40,000 nucleotides of DNA from Candidatus Altimarinota bacterium. GTDB taxonomy: Bacteria > Patescibacteriota > Gracilibacteria > BD1-5 > UBA6164. This document shows, one piece after another, positions 1 to 10,924 of the stretch (position 1 is its first letter; each line of letters opens with the position of its first letter). The notes under the pieces are model-generated. The model was not told the DNA's origin and made no database searches. It saw only the letters and a list, made by a program, of their open reading frames with translations. The stretch covers positions 1-40,000 of the forward strand of contig JAOARJ010000013.1 of NCBI GenBank assembly GCA_025210615.1, read 5' to 3'. Both the position numbers and the translations under genes were made by a program.

Positions 1-14
1 ACGGTAGAGAGTTT

Positions 15-100
15 GGGTAACCACCCTGCTTGCTTAATTTTGACCGTTTATCAAAGTTTCAGCAAAGCAAGATTTGGGAGGTTACCCTTTTTGCTTTGCT
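15..100 (+). other. Structured RNA element: long imperfect hairpin plus T-run, with an alternative mutually exclusive helix. It could be a terminator, the 3' end of an RNA, or an attenuator cut by the window edge.
   Basis: 15-26 'gggtaaccaccc' pairs with 76-87 'gggaggttaccc' (1 mismatch). 29-35 'cttgctt' pairs with 65-71 'aagcaag'. A ttttt run follows at 88-92. Alternatively, 61-70 'agcaaagcaa' is the perfect complement of 91-100 'ttgctttgct'. Confidence 0.3.
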
Positions 101-155
101 TAGAAATTTTGATTTTGTTTTAGCTATTAATTTTTATTTATTAATAGTTATTTTT

Positions 156-326
156 ATGAAAAAAATTTTTAATAAATCTGCAATAAAATGAATATTGTTG
201 CTTATGTGATATAAAAATGAAGAGAAACTTTATAATATTTTGGTAGATGATTTTTATGATAATCAGCAAAAATTTATTGATTATCTTAATGATACTTTTG
301 AAAAAAATTGTCATTATTTTAGATAA
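156..326 (+). CDS. Small hypothetical protein (56 aa under code 25, two in-frame TGA)
   Basis: ATG at 156, TAA at 324-326. It is followed by a hairpin, 'ttgccttt' ... 'aaaggcaa', plus a T-run at about 349-395. I recognise no motif, and in AT-rich DNA this could be a chance ORF. Confidence 0.25.
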
Positions 327-520
327 AAAATTTTCTGTTAAAAACTAGTTGCCTTTTAGTAAAAAAAATATATACTGAAAGGCAATATTTTTTAAATATA
401 TGCTTATGACTAAATACCAAATTTTGATATCCTGCCACTAATTAATTTAGAGCTTGAATAAAGTAAAATAATAATAAAACAAGGAGATTTTTTTATTTTT
501 AAAATTTAACTAAATTAATT

Positions 521-1756
521 ATGCTAAAAAATAATGATCCAAAATTAGCTGATATGATAGCTAGAGAAAAAACTAGACAACTAGAAGAAGTAGAACTTAT
601 TGCTTCAGAAAATTATGTAACAGCTGATGTACTTGAAGCAAATGGAAGTATTTTGACGAATAAATATAGTGAATGATATCCATGAAAAAGATATTATGCT
701 GGTAATGAAATTATCGATGAAGTAGAAACTTTAGCAATAGAAAGAGCAAAGCAGCTATTTGATGCAGAATATGCTAATGTACAACCATTATCAGGAAGTC
801 CTGCTAACTTAGCTGTATATTTAGGATTATTAAAACCATGAGATACAGTATTAGGTCTTAGTCTTGACCAATGAGGGCATCTTACTCACGGACACCCATT
901 AAATTTTTCATGAATTTTATATGATATTGTTCCTTATACATTAGATAAGGAAACTGAATTAGTTGATATGGATGAAGTTGAAAAATTAGCACTAGAACAT
1001 AAACCTCAAATGATCTTAGCTTGATTTTCTGCATATTCAAGAAGTTTAGATTGGAAAAGATTTAGAGAAATCGCTGATAAAGTAGGAGCAATCTTATTTG
1101 CTGATATTGCTCATATAGCTGGGCTTGTAGCTGGTAAAGCTATAGAAAATCCAGTTCCATATTGTGATGTTGTTACTACAACTACTCATAAAACTCTAAG
1201 AGGGCCAAGATGAGCATTAATCCTAGCCAAAGAAAAATACGGAGCGCAACTAAATAGAGCAGTATTCCCATGAGTACAAGGTTGACCCCATGAACATATT
1301 ATCGCTGCTAAAGCTGTTGCCTTTTGAGAAGCTTTAAAACCAGAATTCACTGGTTACGCTCAAAAAGTTATTGATAATGCTAGAATACTTGCTAGCGAGC
1401 TTCAAAAATATGGATTTAGAATTTGTTCAGGTTGAACAGATAACCATTCTATGTTAATAGATGTATTTGGTAGTAAAGGATTAAGTTGAAAAGAAGCAGA
1501 AAATGCTCTTCAAGCTGTATGATTATCTACAAACAAAAATATGATTCCATACGATACCAGAAAACCTATGGATCCATCAGGGATAAGACTTTGAACTCCA
1601 GCTGCGACGACTAGAGGATTCTGAGAAGAAGAAATGAAATTTATAGCAAGAGTTTTTGCTGAAGCTATTGAAAATAGAGAAGATGAGACTAAGCTTAAAG
1701 AGTTAAGAGAAGAAGTAAGACAATTATGTAGAAAATTTCCAGTTTATAAAGATTAA
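521..1756 (+). CDS. glyA: Serine hydroxymethyltransferase (411 aa)
   Basis: The code-25 translation gives '[18 protein letters not shown]', '[16 protein letters not shown]' and 'FPGVQGGPHEH'. Several of these conserved Gly are TGA codons (for example 674-676 and 683-685). An 'aaggag' lies upstream at 481-486. Confidence 0.95.
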
Positions 1757-1768
1757 GAAATAAAAAAT

Positions 1769-1796
1769 AAGAGAGATTAATTTCTCTCTTTTTATT
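1769..1796 (+). terminator. Rho-independent terminator after glyA
   Basis: An 8-bp perfect stem, 'aagagaga' (1769-1776) with 'tctctctt' (1783-1790), followed by tttatt. Confidence 0.7.
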
Positions 1797-1821
1797 AGTT
1801 GTATTAAAGTAAAAATTAATT

Positions 1822-2544
1822 ATGAACTTAAAACAAATATTATTAAATGAAACAAAATTATTTTTTAAAAATAATAGTTGGGTATTTTTTATTTTTATAG
1901 TTGCCTTATCGCTTATTGTTTATTATAATACCTGAAATCTGTGGGATATTTTACTTATATTTGTGGCAAATGTTGTATGAGACACCTTGACTATGGTTAT
2001 GAATAGTTGTTATGCTGACAAAAAAGTTAGTGAAGGAAGTTTTCTTTTATTGCTTTCTACTCTTATTTTTACGACAATGTCTTTATATTCGTTTGTTTTT
2101 CAAGGACAAGTTCATTATTTATTGTCAGAATTAGCGTTTTTATTATGATGAATAAAAAGATTTTTAGAAGATACTAAATGAAAAAAAATTAATTATTTTT
2201 GACTTAAAAGTATTTTTATCTTGAATTTTATATCATTGATTATAGTTTGTTATATGGTATTTGTTGATCAAACATTATGATATAGCTCAATAATAATTTT
2301 TATGTGATGATTTTTTACTTCAGTTTTTTTAGTATTAGAAAATTTGAAAATAAAATACTATGGTTCAACTTTTTGACAATTTTTATTTGCTATATGAGCT
2401 TCTATTGCTATTTATCACTGATTATTAAATAAAAATATTATAGGTATGGATTTATCTTGTGCATTATTTTCTTTTACAGTTTTTATTTCTTTTTTGAAAG
2501 ATTGGAATAAATTTAAAGCAATGCCGTTAAAAATAGAAAAATAA
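1822..2544 (+). CDS. Polytopic integral membrane protein, function unknown (240 aa). A PnuC-like transporter is possible but unproven.
   Basis: I checked it codon by codon: open under code 25 from ATG 1822 to TAA 2542-2544. It has multiple hydrophobic segments (e.g. 'WVFFIFIVALSLIVYY', 'FLLLLSTLIFTTMSLYSFVF'). Confidence 0.7.
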
Positions 2545-2612
2545 TTAATTAAAAATTGTATTTTAAATCTTTTTTATTAAAATAAACTTGCTTAAAAAAT
2601 AGAAGAAAAATT

Positions 2613-3668
2613 ATGCAAGAAATATTTTGATTATTCGTTTTATCATTTTGTCTAACTTTTGGATTAATAGAAATATTCAAGAGAATTTTTAAGAAACTAA
2701 ATTTTATAGACAATCCAAAAAAATATTGATACAAAAGAGAACCTGTTCCTTATGGTATGGGAATTATTTTTATTATAAATCTATTAATTCTAGCTTTATT
2801 ATTTATAGAACCTAATGAAAAATTAGGGCTTATTTTATGATTTTGAAGTTTAGTTACTGCTGTGAGTTTTATTGATGATAGAGTAGAAGTTAGCGCAAAA
2901 ATTAGATTATTAATTCAAATTATCATTTGAGCAACAATCGCTATAAATTCAATAAAAATAGGCTATATTAGTAATATTTTTTGATGAATAATTAACCTAG
3001 AAACATATTTTATAGAAATTTTAAATCTAAAAATTTATTTAATTCCTCTGATTTTTACGATAGTATGGTATGTTCTTATTTTTAACGCGATGAATTGGAC
3101 AGATGGCGAAAGATGAATGACGCTTTGAGTTAGTTTTATTTCATATTTTGTCCTATTTATTCTCGCTTTTATGCTCTTTAATACTGATACTTATCAGTGA
3201 TGAATAGAGAATGCTGTTTTTATAATGAAATTGACATCAATTTTAATGTGAAGCGTATTAATATTCTGGTTTTATGAAGTCAAAGAAAAGCTGTTATTAT
3301 GAGATAGTTGAACAATGTTTTTAGGTTTTATGCTCGCAAGTCTTGCAATAATTTCTTGATGAAAAATAGCAACAGTTTTTGCTGTTTTTTGAATCTATTT
3401 AGTAGATGCTTTTTATGTAATAATAAATAGATTAATGCGTAAACAAAATCCTCTAAAATGAGATTTTACACATCTTCATCATAGATTACATAAATTATGA
3501 CTAACAAAATATCAAATTTTATCTATAGTTTATAGTTTAAGTTTAATTTTTTGAATTTCTGCTTTATTTTTAGATAAAACTTGAAAAATCATAGTATTTA
3601 TTATAATAGCTTTATTAGTTGTTTTTATGACGAAAATATTAGAAAAATTTAAAATTAATAAAAAATAA
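2613..3668 (+). CDS. Glycosyltransferase family 4, polyprenyl-phosphate HexNAc-1-phosphate transferase (WecA/TagO/MraY-like, 351 aa)
   Basis: Motifs 'FIDDRVEVSAK', 'NAMNWTDGERG', 'GDSGTMFLGF' and 'THLHHRL' in a multi-TM protein. Open under code 25. Confidence 0.85.
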
Positions 3669-3669
3669 A

Positions 3670-4611
3670 ATGAGAATAGCATTCTTTTGAACACCTCAGT
3701 TTTCTGCTGAAATATTAAAAAAACTTTTAAAAATAGATGATTTAGATATTGCTTTAGTTGTATCACAAACTGATAAACCAATTTGAAGAAAAAAAATTAT
3801 CATGCCTACTCCAGTAAAAGAAGTGGCACTAGACAATAATATAGAAGTTCTTCAACCTACAAAATTAGCTGGTAACACAGAGTTTTTTGATAAGCTTAAT
3901 AGTTTGGATTTAGATTTTATAGTAGTAGTAGCTTATTGAAAGATAGTGCCAACTTGAGTTCTAACAGCAAATAAATATGGACCAATAAATATTCACGGTT
4001 CTATATTGCCGAAATATCGTTGAGCTTCTCCTGTTCAAGAATGTCTACTTAAATGAGATAAAAAGACAGGTTTGACAATAATGTTTATGGATGAAAAAAT
4101 GGACGAATGAGATATACTAGCAATAAAAGAAGTAGACATAGACATAGTAGACACTCAAAAAGAAATCTTTGAAAAATTTGTTGAAATAGGACCGGATTTA
4201 TTAGTAGACACATTAAAAAAAGTGTCTACTTGAGAATTAAAATGACAAAAACAAAACTATGAAGAAGCTACTTATTGCAGTATGATAAAAAAACAAGATT
4301 GACAAATAGATTTTAATTTATCTTCTGAGGAAATTTATAATAAGTTAAGAGCTTATACTCCTTGGCCATGAATTTTTACGCAGTATAAATGAAAAAAATT
4401 TGCGATAGAAAAAGCATTTTTTTGTGAAAATCAGCCTGATAATGCTGAAGTTTGAGATGTTATAAAAACTGTTTCTTGAGAAATTTGAATAGTTTGCTGA
4501 AAATGAGTTTTGACTTTAAAGCAAGTTAAAGTAGAATGAAAAAAATCACAAGATATAAAATCTTTTTTAAACGGTCATAAAGACTTTTTAGATTATAATT
4601 TTAATAAATAA
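3670..4611 (+). CDS. fmt: Methionyl-tRNA formyltransferase (313 aa)
   Basis: 'MRIAFFGTPQFSA', 'VVVAYGKIVP', 'INIHGSILPKYRGASPVQ' and 'TGLTIMFMDEKMDEGDIL'. I checked it codon by codon under code 25. Confidence 0.9.
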
Positions 4612-4621
4612 AACTAAAAAT

Positions 4622-5383
4622 ATGTTCAATATCGCGCTTAATACATTTAGAGAAATTGTTAGAAATAAGTTTTTGTATTTAATACTATTTTTCTCGTTTA
4701 TTTTTATTCTTTTTTCTGTTTCATTGGGGAAATTATCACTATGAGAAGATTCAAAAATTATTATAGATTTTGGTCTTGCAATGATAGAATTTTTTGGATT
4801 AATCTGAGTATTATTTGTCTGAAGTCAGCTTTTATTTAACGAAGTAAATTGAAAAACAATTTTCCTAATATTATCAAAACCCATCAAAAGATATGAATTT
4901 ATTTTATGAAAATTTTTCTGATTTTCTCTTGTAATTTTATTGTTAGTTATATTTGAATCATTAGTATTCTCATCAGTATTATTATTTAAATCAGTAGCAC
5001 TTACTAAGTTGATTTGATTTTCACTAATCTTTATCTTATTAAAGCTAGAAGTGTTACTTGCATTAGTATTATTTTTCTCAACATTTATGTCGAATATTTT
5101 GACTATTTTAGTAACAGTTTTTATTTATTTTATATCACATTGATTTACAATAATTTTAGATTTAGCGACTAGAACAAGAAATGAATTTATTATAAATAGT
5201 GTAAAATGAGTAGACTTGTTATTTCCCCCATTTGAAGCGATGAATCTAAAAGATATGATAGGTTGAATAGTTTGAGTAACTAATACTTATTTATTAAGTA
5301 ATTTAGCTTATGCATTGTGATATTTAACGATAATTTTATTTTTTACTGTTATTTTATTTAACAGAAAAACTTTTGAGAGATAA
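4622..5383 (+). CDS. ABC-2-type permease-like membrane protein (253 aa), with no adjacent ATPase
   Basis: Open under code 25. About 6 hydrophobic helices, N-terminus 'MFNIALNTFREIVRNKFLYLILF', typical of ABC-2 exporter permeases. Confidence 0.65.
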
Positions 5384-5412
5384 AATAAAAAAATATTTTT
5401 TATAAAAAATTA

Positions 5413-6282
5413 ATGAAAAAAGATAAATTAATTAAAATTTTTATGGAAAAGGGCTTAAAAAATTCTCATATTGAGATGATTTTAAGTCATTTTTTATGAT
5501 TAGATAAAACAAGAGTTTTTTTATTAGAAGATATTCCAGAAGATAATATTAGAGACATAGAAAAAGTTTTAAATAGACTACTATCGTGAGAACCGATTGA
5601 ATATATAATTAATAAAGCAGATTTTTATGGTAGAGAATTTTATGTAGATAATAGAGTTTTGGTGCCGAGAAATGAAACAGAATTAATGGTCGAAAAAGTA
5701 TTAGAAAATATCAAAAAAAGTGAAAAAAAAAGAGAAAAATATGACTTTTTTATTGATTTTTGAACAGGTTCTTGCGCGATGCCGATAAGTATTTTTCTAA
5801 ATAATAATAAAAAAAATATAAATTATTTTGCGGTTGATATTTCAGACAAAGCCCTAGAGGTAGCAAAAAAGAATGCTGAAAATTATAAAGCTAATATAAA
5901 ATTAAAACAGTCTGATTTAGCAAATTATTTTTTGGAAAGTTTAGATGAGTTAAAGTGAGTAAAAAATGTTATTATAACAGCGAATTTACCATATATAAAG
6001 AATAGAGATTTTATAAATATGGATCAGGAGGTTATATTTTTTGAACCTAGTGTAGCTCTTTATTGATGAGAAGAAACTTGATTTGAATTATATGAGAAAT
6101 TAACGCAGCAGTTATTAGAATTAAAAGAGAAATTAAGTATAGAAAAAATAGTCGCTTTTTATGAAATTTGATTTGATCAATATGAGGTTTCGAAAGAATT
6201 TTTAGAAAAAAAAGGTTTAAAATTTGATTATTTTAAAGATTTTAATAATATTTACAGGACAATTAAAGTAGAATTTATTTAA
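5413..6282 (+). CDS. prmC: Release-factor glutamine N5-methyltransferase (PrmC/HemK, 289 aa)
   Basis: 'VLVPRNETE', SAM motif 'DFGTGSCAM', catalytic 'NLPY' (an NPPY variant) and 'EPSVALYGGEETGFELY'. Confidence 0.85.
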
Positions 6283-6300
6283 TAAATTTATATAATAATT

Positions 6301-6729
6301 ATGAATGAAACAATAAATAAATTTGGTTATCCGAAAACATTGCTGAAAGAATATAAGCATTGGGTTGTTTTATTAAGACCAAAACAAGCAACATTGTGAG
6401 CAATGATTTTGGCACACAAATGAAATGAAGAGAGATTGTCAGAAGTTAGTAAGGAGGCTTTTATTGAATATTGAGAAATTATTAAAGATATAGAAAAAAT
6501 CTTAAAAGAAACTTTTGATTATGATATAATGAATTATTTGATGCTGATGATGAAAGATAAACAAATTCATTATCATGTGATTCCGAGATATAGTAAGGTT
6601 GTTGATTTTGAATGAATAAAATGTAATGATGAATGATGGCCTAAAGCGCCAAATATGAAATACGATTTGTGATTTAGTGAAGAGCAGTTTAATAAACTAA
6701 AAAATATTTTAAAAAATAAATTTCAATAA
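6301..6729 (+). CDS. HIT-family nucleotide hydrolase/transferase-like protein (142 aa)
   Basis: 'HWVVLLRPKQ' and the histidine-triad-like 'IHYHVIPRY'. Open under code 25. Confidence 0.65.
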
Positions 6730-6731
6730 AA

Positions 6732-7376
6732 ATGAGTGTAGAAGAAATAGGAGATATTGAGGAGGTCGAGTCCTGAAGTCAGTGAGTTGAGGTATCTGAA
6801 AAAGATAGACAGAGGCAAGAAAAGGCGAAAAAGCAGTTTAAAAAACTTCAAAAAGATGAAAATAAAGCTAAAAAAACAGATTTACTTTTGGCTGATTTTT
6901 TGTCGCAAATTTTAAAGGATAGAAGATATGATTTTTTGTGGGATGATATTATTGATAATATAGATGAAGGCGTTCCATCGAATTTTATTTTATGAGTGTT
7001 ATCTCTTATTTATTTACCTATTTCAGATAAAATAAGAGAATTTACTTTGAAAGAAAAAATCGTTTTTGATTATTCTACTGAGGAGAGAATAAAATTTGAT
7101 GATAATAAACTAGACGATAAGATAAAACTTAGAATAAATCAAATGCTTGAAGATATTATTTGAGTAGTGACTTATGAACCATCTACTGTTTTAACCCAAA
7201 GACTGATTAAACAAATTAAACAAAAACAAGTAGTGAAATTTTTCCAAAAGACATTTTTATTCTTTTTTGATAACATAAATATTGACATTTCAGATAAAAA
7301 AGCACTAAGTTATTCTATGTTTATTCTTGATGAAATAAGGAAAACTTTAGAAAAAATTGAACTTGAAGAGATATAA
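6732..7376 (+). CDS. Hypothetical protein (214 aa), acidic/basic N-terminus
   Basis: ATG 6732. It joins in frame to the track ORF 7167-7376 through TGA codons. I recognise no motif. Confidence 0.65.
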
Positions 7377-7496
7377 AATTTGACTTTTTAGAGATATTAT
7401 ATAAAATTTGGCAGTCTATTCTTTAAAAATTTAATATTTTTAAAAATAATAGAAGAGAATTATAATAATAAAATTATTTTTTATAAAAATTATCAT

Positions 7497-9635
7497 ATGA
7501 GTAAAGACTATCCTTTAAATAAGGTAAGAAACATTGGTATCATCGCCCATATTGATGCGGGTAAGACTACTACTACAGAAAGAATTTTGTACTACACTGG
7601 TAGAACTCACAAAATTGGTGAAACACATGATGGTGAATCACAAATGGACTGGATGGAACAAGAAAAAGAAAGAGGTATTACTATTACTTCGGCGGCTACT
7701 ACTGCATTCTGGAAAGATGTTCAAATCAATATTATTGATACTCCAGGTCACGTGGATTTTACTATTGAAGTAGAAAGAGCGCTTAGAGTACTTGACGGTT
7801 GAGTTGCTGTGTTTGATGGTTCACAATGAGTAGAACCTCAATCTGAAACAGTATGGAAACAAGCTGATAGATATAATGTACCTAGAATTGCATTTGTAAA
7901 TAAAATGGATAAAACAGGTGCTGACTTTTTTATGACTTTAGAATCTATTAAAACTAGATTAGCTGGTAATAAAGTTGTTGCTATTCAAATGCCTATCGGG
8001 GCTGCTGAAGATCACGTATGAGTTATTGATTTAGTAACTATGAAAGCTTATCACTTTGAAGGAGATTCAGGTGAAAAAGTTACTGAAATTGAAATTCCTG
8101 CTGATTTAAAAGAAAAAGCAGACGCTTTAAGATTAGAAATGATTGAAAAAGTTGCTGAACAAGATGAAGCATTAATGGATAAATATTTCTCTGAATGAGA
8201 TTTAAGTGAAGAAGAAATCAAAAAAGGTTTAAGAATAGGTACTACAAATGATAGCTTATACCCAGTTACTTGTGGTTCAGCTCTTCAAAATGTATGAGTA
8301 CAACTTATGATTGATGCTGCTGTTGAATATTTACCTTCTCCAATTGATAGAGATAATGGTAACATTACAGTTATGGCTGAAGATGATTATGAAAAAACTG
8401 AAGAAATTAAAGTTGATGCTAATTCTCCATTAGCGGCTATTGCTTTTAAGGTTATGACTGATCCTTTCGTAGGTAGATTAACTTTTACTAGAGTATATGC
8501 TGGTACGCTAAAATCAGGTTCTTACGTTTATAATTCTATTTCTGGTAAAAAAGAAAGAGTTGGTAGGCTGCTTCAAATGCATGCTAACACTAGAGAAGAA
8601 ATTAGTGAAATTAAAGCTGGTCATATCTGAGCTGTAGTTGGTCTTAAAGATACTAAAACTGGTGAAACTTTATGTGATATGGACAAGAAAATTGTTCTTG
8701 AATCAATGGAATTCCCAGAACCAGTTATCGCGGTTGCTGTTGAACCAAAAACTAAAGCTGATCAAGAAAAAATGGGTATGGCATTAGCAAAACTTGCTGA
8801 AGAAGATCCATCATTCAAAGTTAAAACTGACGAAGAAACTGGACAAACTGTTATCTCAGGTATGGGTGAACTTCACTTAGATGTGCTTGTAGACAGAATG
8901 AAGAGAGAATTTAAAGTTGAATGTAATGTTGGTAACCCACAAGTTGCTTACAGAGAAACAATTAAAATTCCTGTTGCTGATGTTGAACATAAATATTCTA
9001 AACAAACTTGAGGTAGAGGTCAATATGGTCATGTTGTTATTACTTTTGAACCATACAAAGAAAGAGAAGAAGATGATGAACAAGATACTCCAAAACCATT
9101 ATTCAAATTTGTGAATAAAATTACTGGTTGAGTTATTCCTAAAGAATATATTCCTGGTGTTAAAAAAGGTTTAGAAGAATCTTATAAAAGAGGTTTCGTT
9201 GCTGGATACCCAATGGTAGATATTAAAGCTACTTTAACATTCGGTTCTTTCCATGAAGTTGATTCTTCTGAATTAGCCTTCAAGATTGCTGCTTCTAAAG
9301 CATTTAGAGACGCTTGTAAGAAAGCTCAAGCTATTATCTTAGAACCAATAATGAAAGTTGAGGTTAATACTCCTGAAGAGTATATGGGTGATATTTTATG
9401 ACAAATTAATTCTAAGAGAGGTAGAATTGAAGAAATGACAGATAGAGGACAAGCTAAAGTTATTACTGCTTTTGTTCCATTATCTGAAATGTTTGGTTAT
9501 ACTACTGAATTAAGATCAGCTTCTCAAGGTAGAGCAACTTCTTCTATGGAATTCGACCATTATGCTGAAGTTCCAGCTAATATTGCTACTGAAATCAGAG
9601 AAGAAAGAGGATTCACTTTAGAAGATGATGATTAA
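7497..9635 (+). CDS. fusA: Translation elongation factor G (712 aa)
   Basis: G1 '[12 protein letters not shown]', 'DTPGHVDF' and '[13 protein letters not shown]' (that Gly is TGA). Five track fragments share one frame. Confidence 0.97.
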
Positions 9636-9652
9636 TAAAAATTTTTCAAACT

Positions 9653-9685
9653 AAAAGAGTTAGATTTTCTAGCTCTTTTTTGATT
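9653..9685 (+). terminator. Rho-independent terminator after fusA
   Basis: An 11-bp stem, 'aaaagagttag' with 'ctagctctttt' (one G-U pair), then a T-run. Confidence 0.7.
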
Positions 9686-9739
9686 TTTCAAGATTATTAT
9701 GTTATTATTAGTTACATAATAATTATTAAGATAAATGAT

Positions 9740-10777
9740 ATGACTGAAATAAATAAATTTGATAGTATTAATAATATTTCTACGCAACCAGTAGACTCTC
9801 AAGATTCTCCAGAAGTACAAAAGACTAGGGAAATGGATTTGAATAATCCAGAAGATTTAAAAGAATTATGAATTCCAACTATTGAAGAGTTGCAAGAGAT
9901 AAAAGTTTCAACAGAAGTTTTTAATTCTTGGAAAGAAAAACCTATAAATCATTATGATTTAGAAAACCGGTGAGATATATCTTCACCAACAGCTAAATAT
10001 AAAGAAGAACATCCTAAACATCCTGTAAAACCAAGTAATGAACAAATGGTTAATGTTTCAGAATATTGAATTAGAGGAGAGGATTACTATTTTAAATTGG
10101 CAAATGCATCACTAGAGCAATTAATAGCAAAACACTGAAAAGAAAATTGAGAGGATTTCTATGAAAAAAATAAAATGTTTAGAGAATTAAAAGAGGAGAA
10201 ATTAATTAATCCTGATTGTCATTTAAGAAAATGAGTCGTAGCAAGATTAAAAGAGGTAAATAGAATTCTTAAAGCACATTGATATCAAATTATGGTAAAT
10301 AATTGATATAGAAATGTTTTCACTCAAACTGAGGCTAAAAGAACTTACGAAAATATTTATTGAACATATGAAGCTAAAAAGCATATTGCAAAACCTTGAA
10401 CATCTACACATCAAACGGGAGGTTCATTAGATGTTAAACTTCTTGATAAAGACGGAAATATAGTAAATTTAAAATTTGGTAAGGAAGGAACGAATACTTC
10501 GTTATATTGAGAAAACTTAGTAGATGAAAAATGATGGGAAAATTTAACTGACGAAGAAAAGGAAATTATACAAATGAGAAGAGTTTTATGTCATGTTATG
10601 AAATTAGCTTGATTTATCTGAAATCCTAAATATTTTTGGGATTATGGTTTTTGAGATTCATTAAGTACTTATATTTTAAGTCAAAGAATATCAAAAAAAA
10701 CATGAGAAAAAACTATTGTTCCTGCTATATATAAAATTATTACTAATATAGAAAATCAAAGCACTACTGAAAAGTAA
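9740..10777 (+). CDS. LAS-fold / peptidase M15 (VanX/DdpX-like D-Ala-D-Ala dipeptidase family) protein with an N-terminal extension (345 aa)
   Basis: 'GYRNVFTQ' and 'KPGTSTHQTGGSLDV' (SxHxxGxAxD-type Zn motif). The expected distal 'EWWH' position reads 'YFWDY'. Open under code 25. Confidence 0.65.
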
Positions 10778-10889
10778 TGCTTTTTTATTTTAAAAATTTT
10801 TAATTTAAATTCAGAAAATTATTTTAGTTTGCTTTTTTGTAAAAAAAAAGTATATTATGGGTGCTGAAAAAGCAAAATTGTAGTTTTTC

Positions 10890-10911
10890 ATGGTTAAATT
10901 ATTTTAACCAT
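10890..10911 (+). promoter_or_regulatory. Perfect 9-bp inverted repeat 14 nt upstream of the rny start (5'-UTR stem-loop or operator)
   Basis: 'atggttaaa' ttat 'tttaaccat'. Confidence 0.3.
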
Positions 10912-10924
10912 TAAATATTAATTT

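Noticed and set aside
1-120. A possible tRNA, ZTP/THF riboswitch or SRP/tmRNA fragment at the window start
   Set aside because: I could find no cloverleaf or conserved core sequence. The 'accaccctg' stretch only vaguely recalls the ZTP 3' pseudoknot element. I report it only as an unclassified structured element.
7534-7773. A 79-aa alternative-frame ORF overlapping the 5' part of fusA, with similar overlaps at 8877-9083 (-) and 8917-9114 (+)
   Set aside because: They are entirely embedded in the EF-G coding frame, which has unambiguous GTPase motifs. The overlapping frames give low-complexity peptides.
7497-9635. fusA stands alone, without the rpsL-rpsG-tuf str-operon neighbours
   Set aside because: Gene-order scrambling is common in reduced genomes, and a second EF-G paralog cannot be excluded. 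It is not unusual enough by itself to report as a finding.
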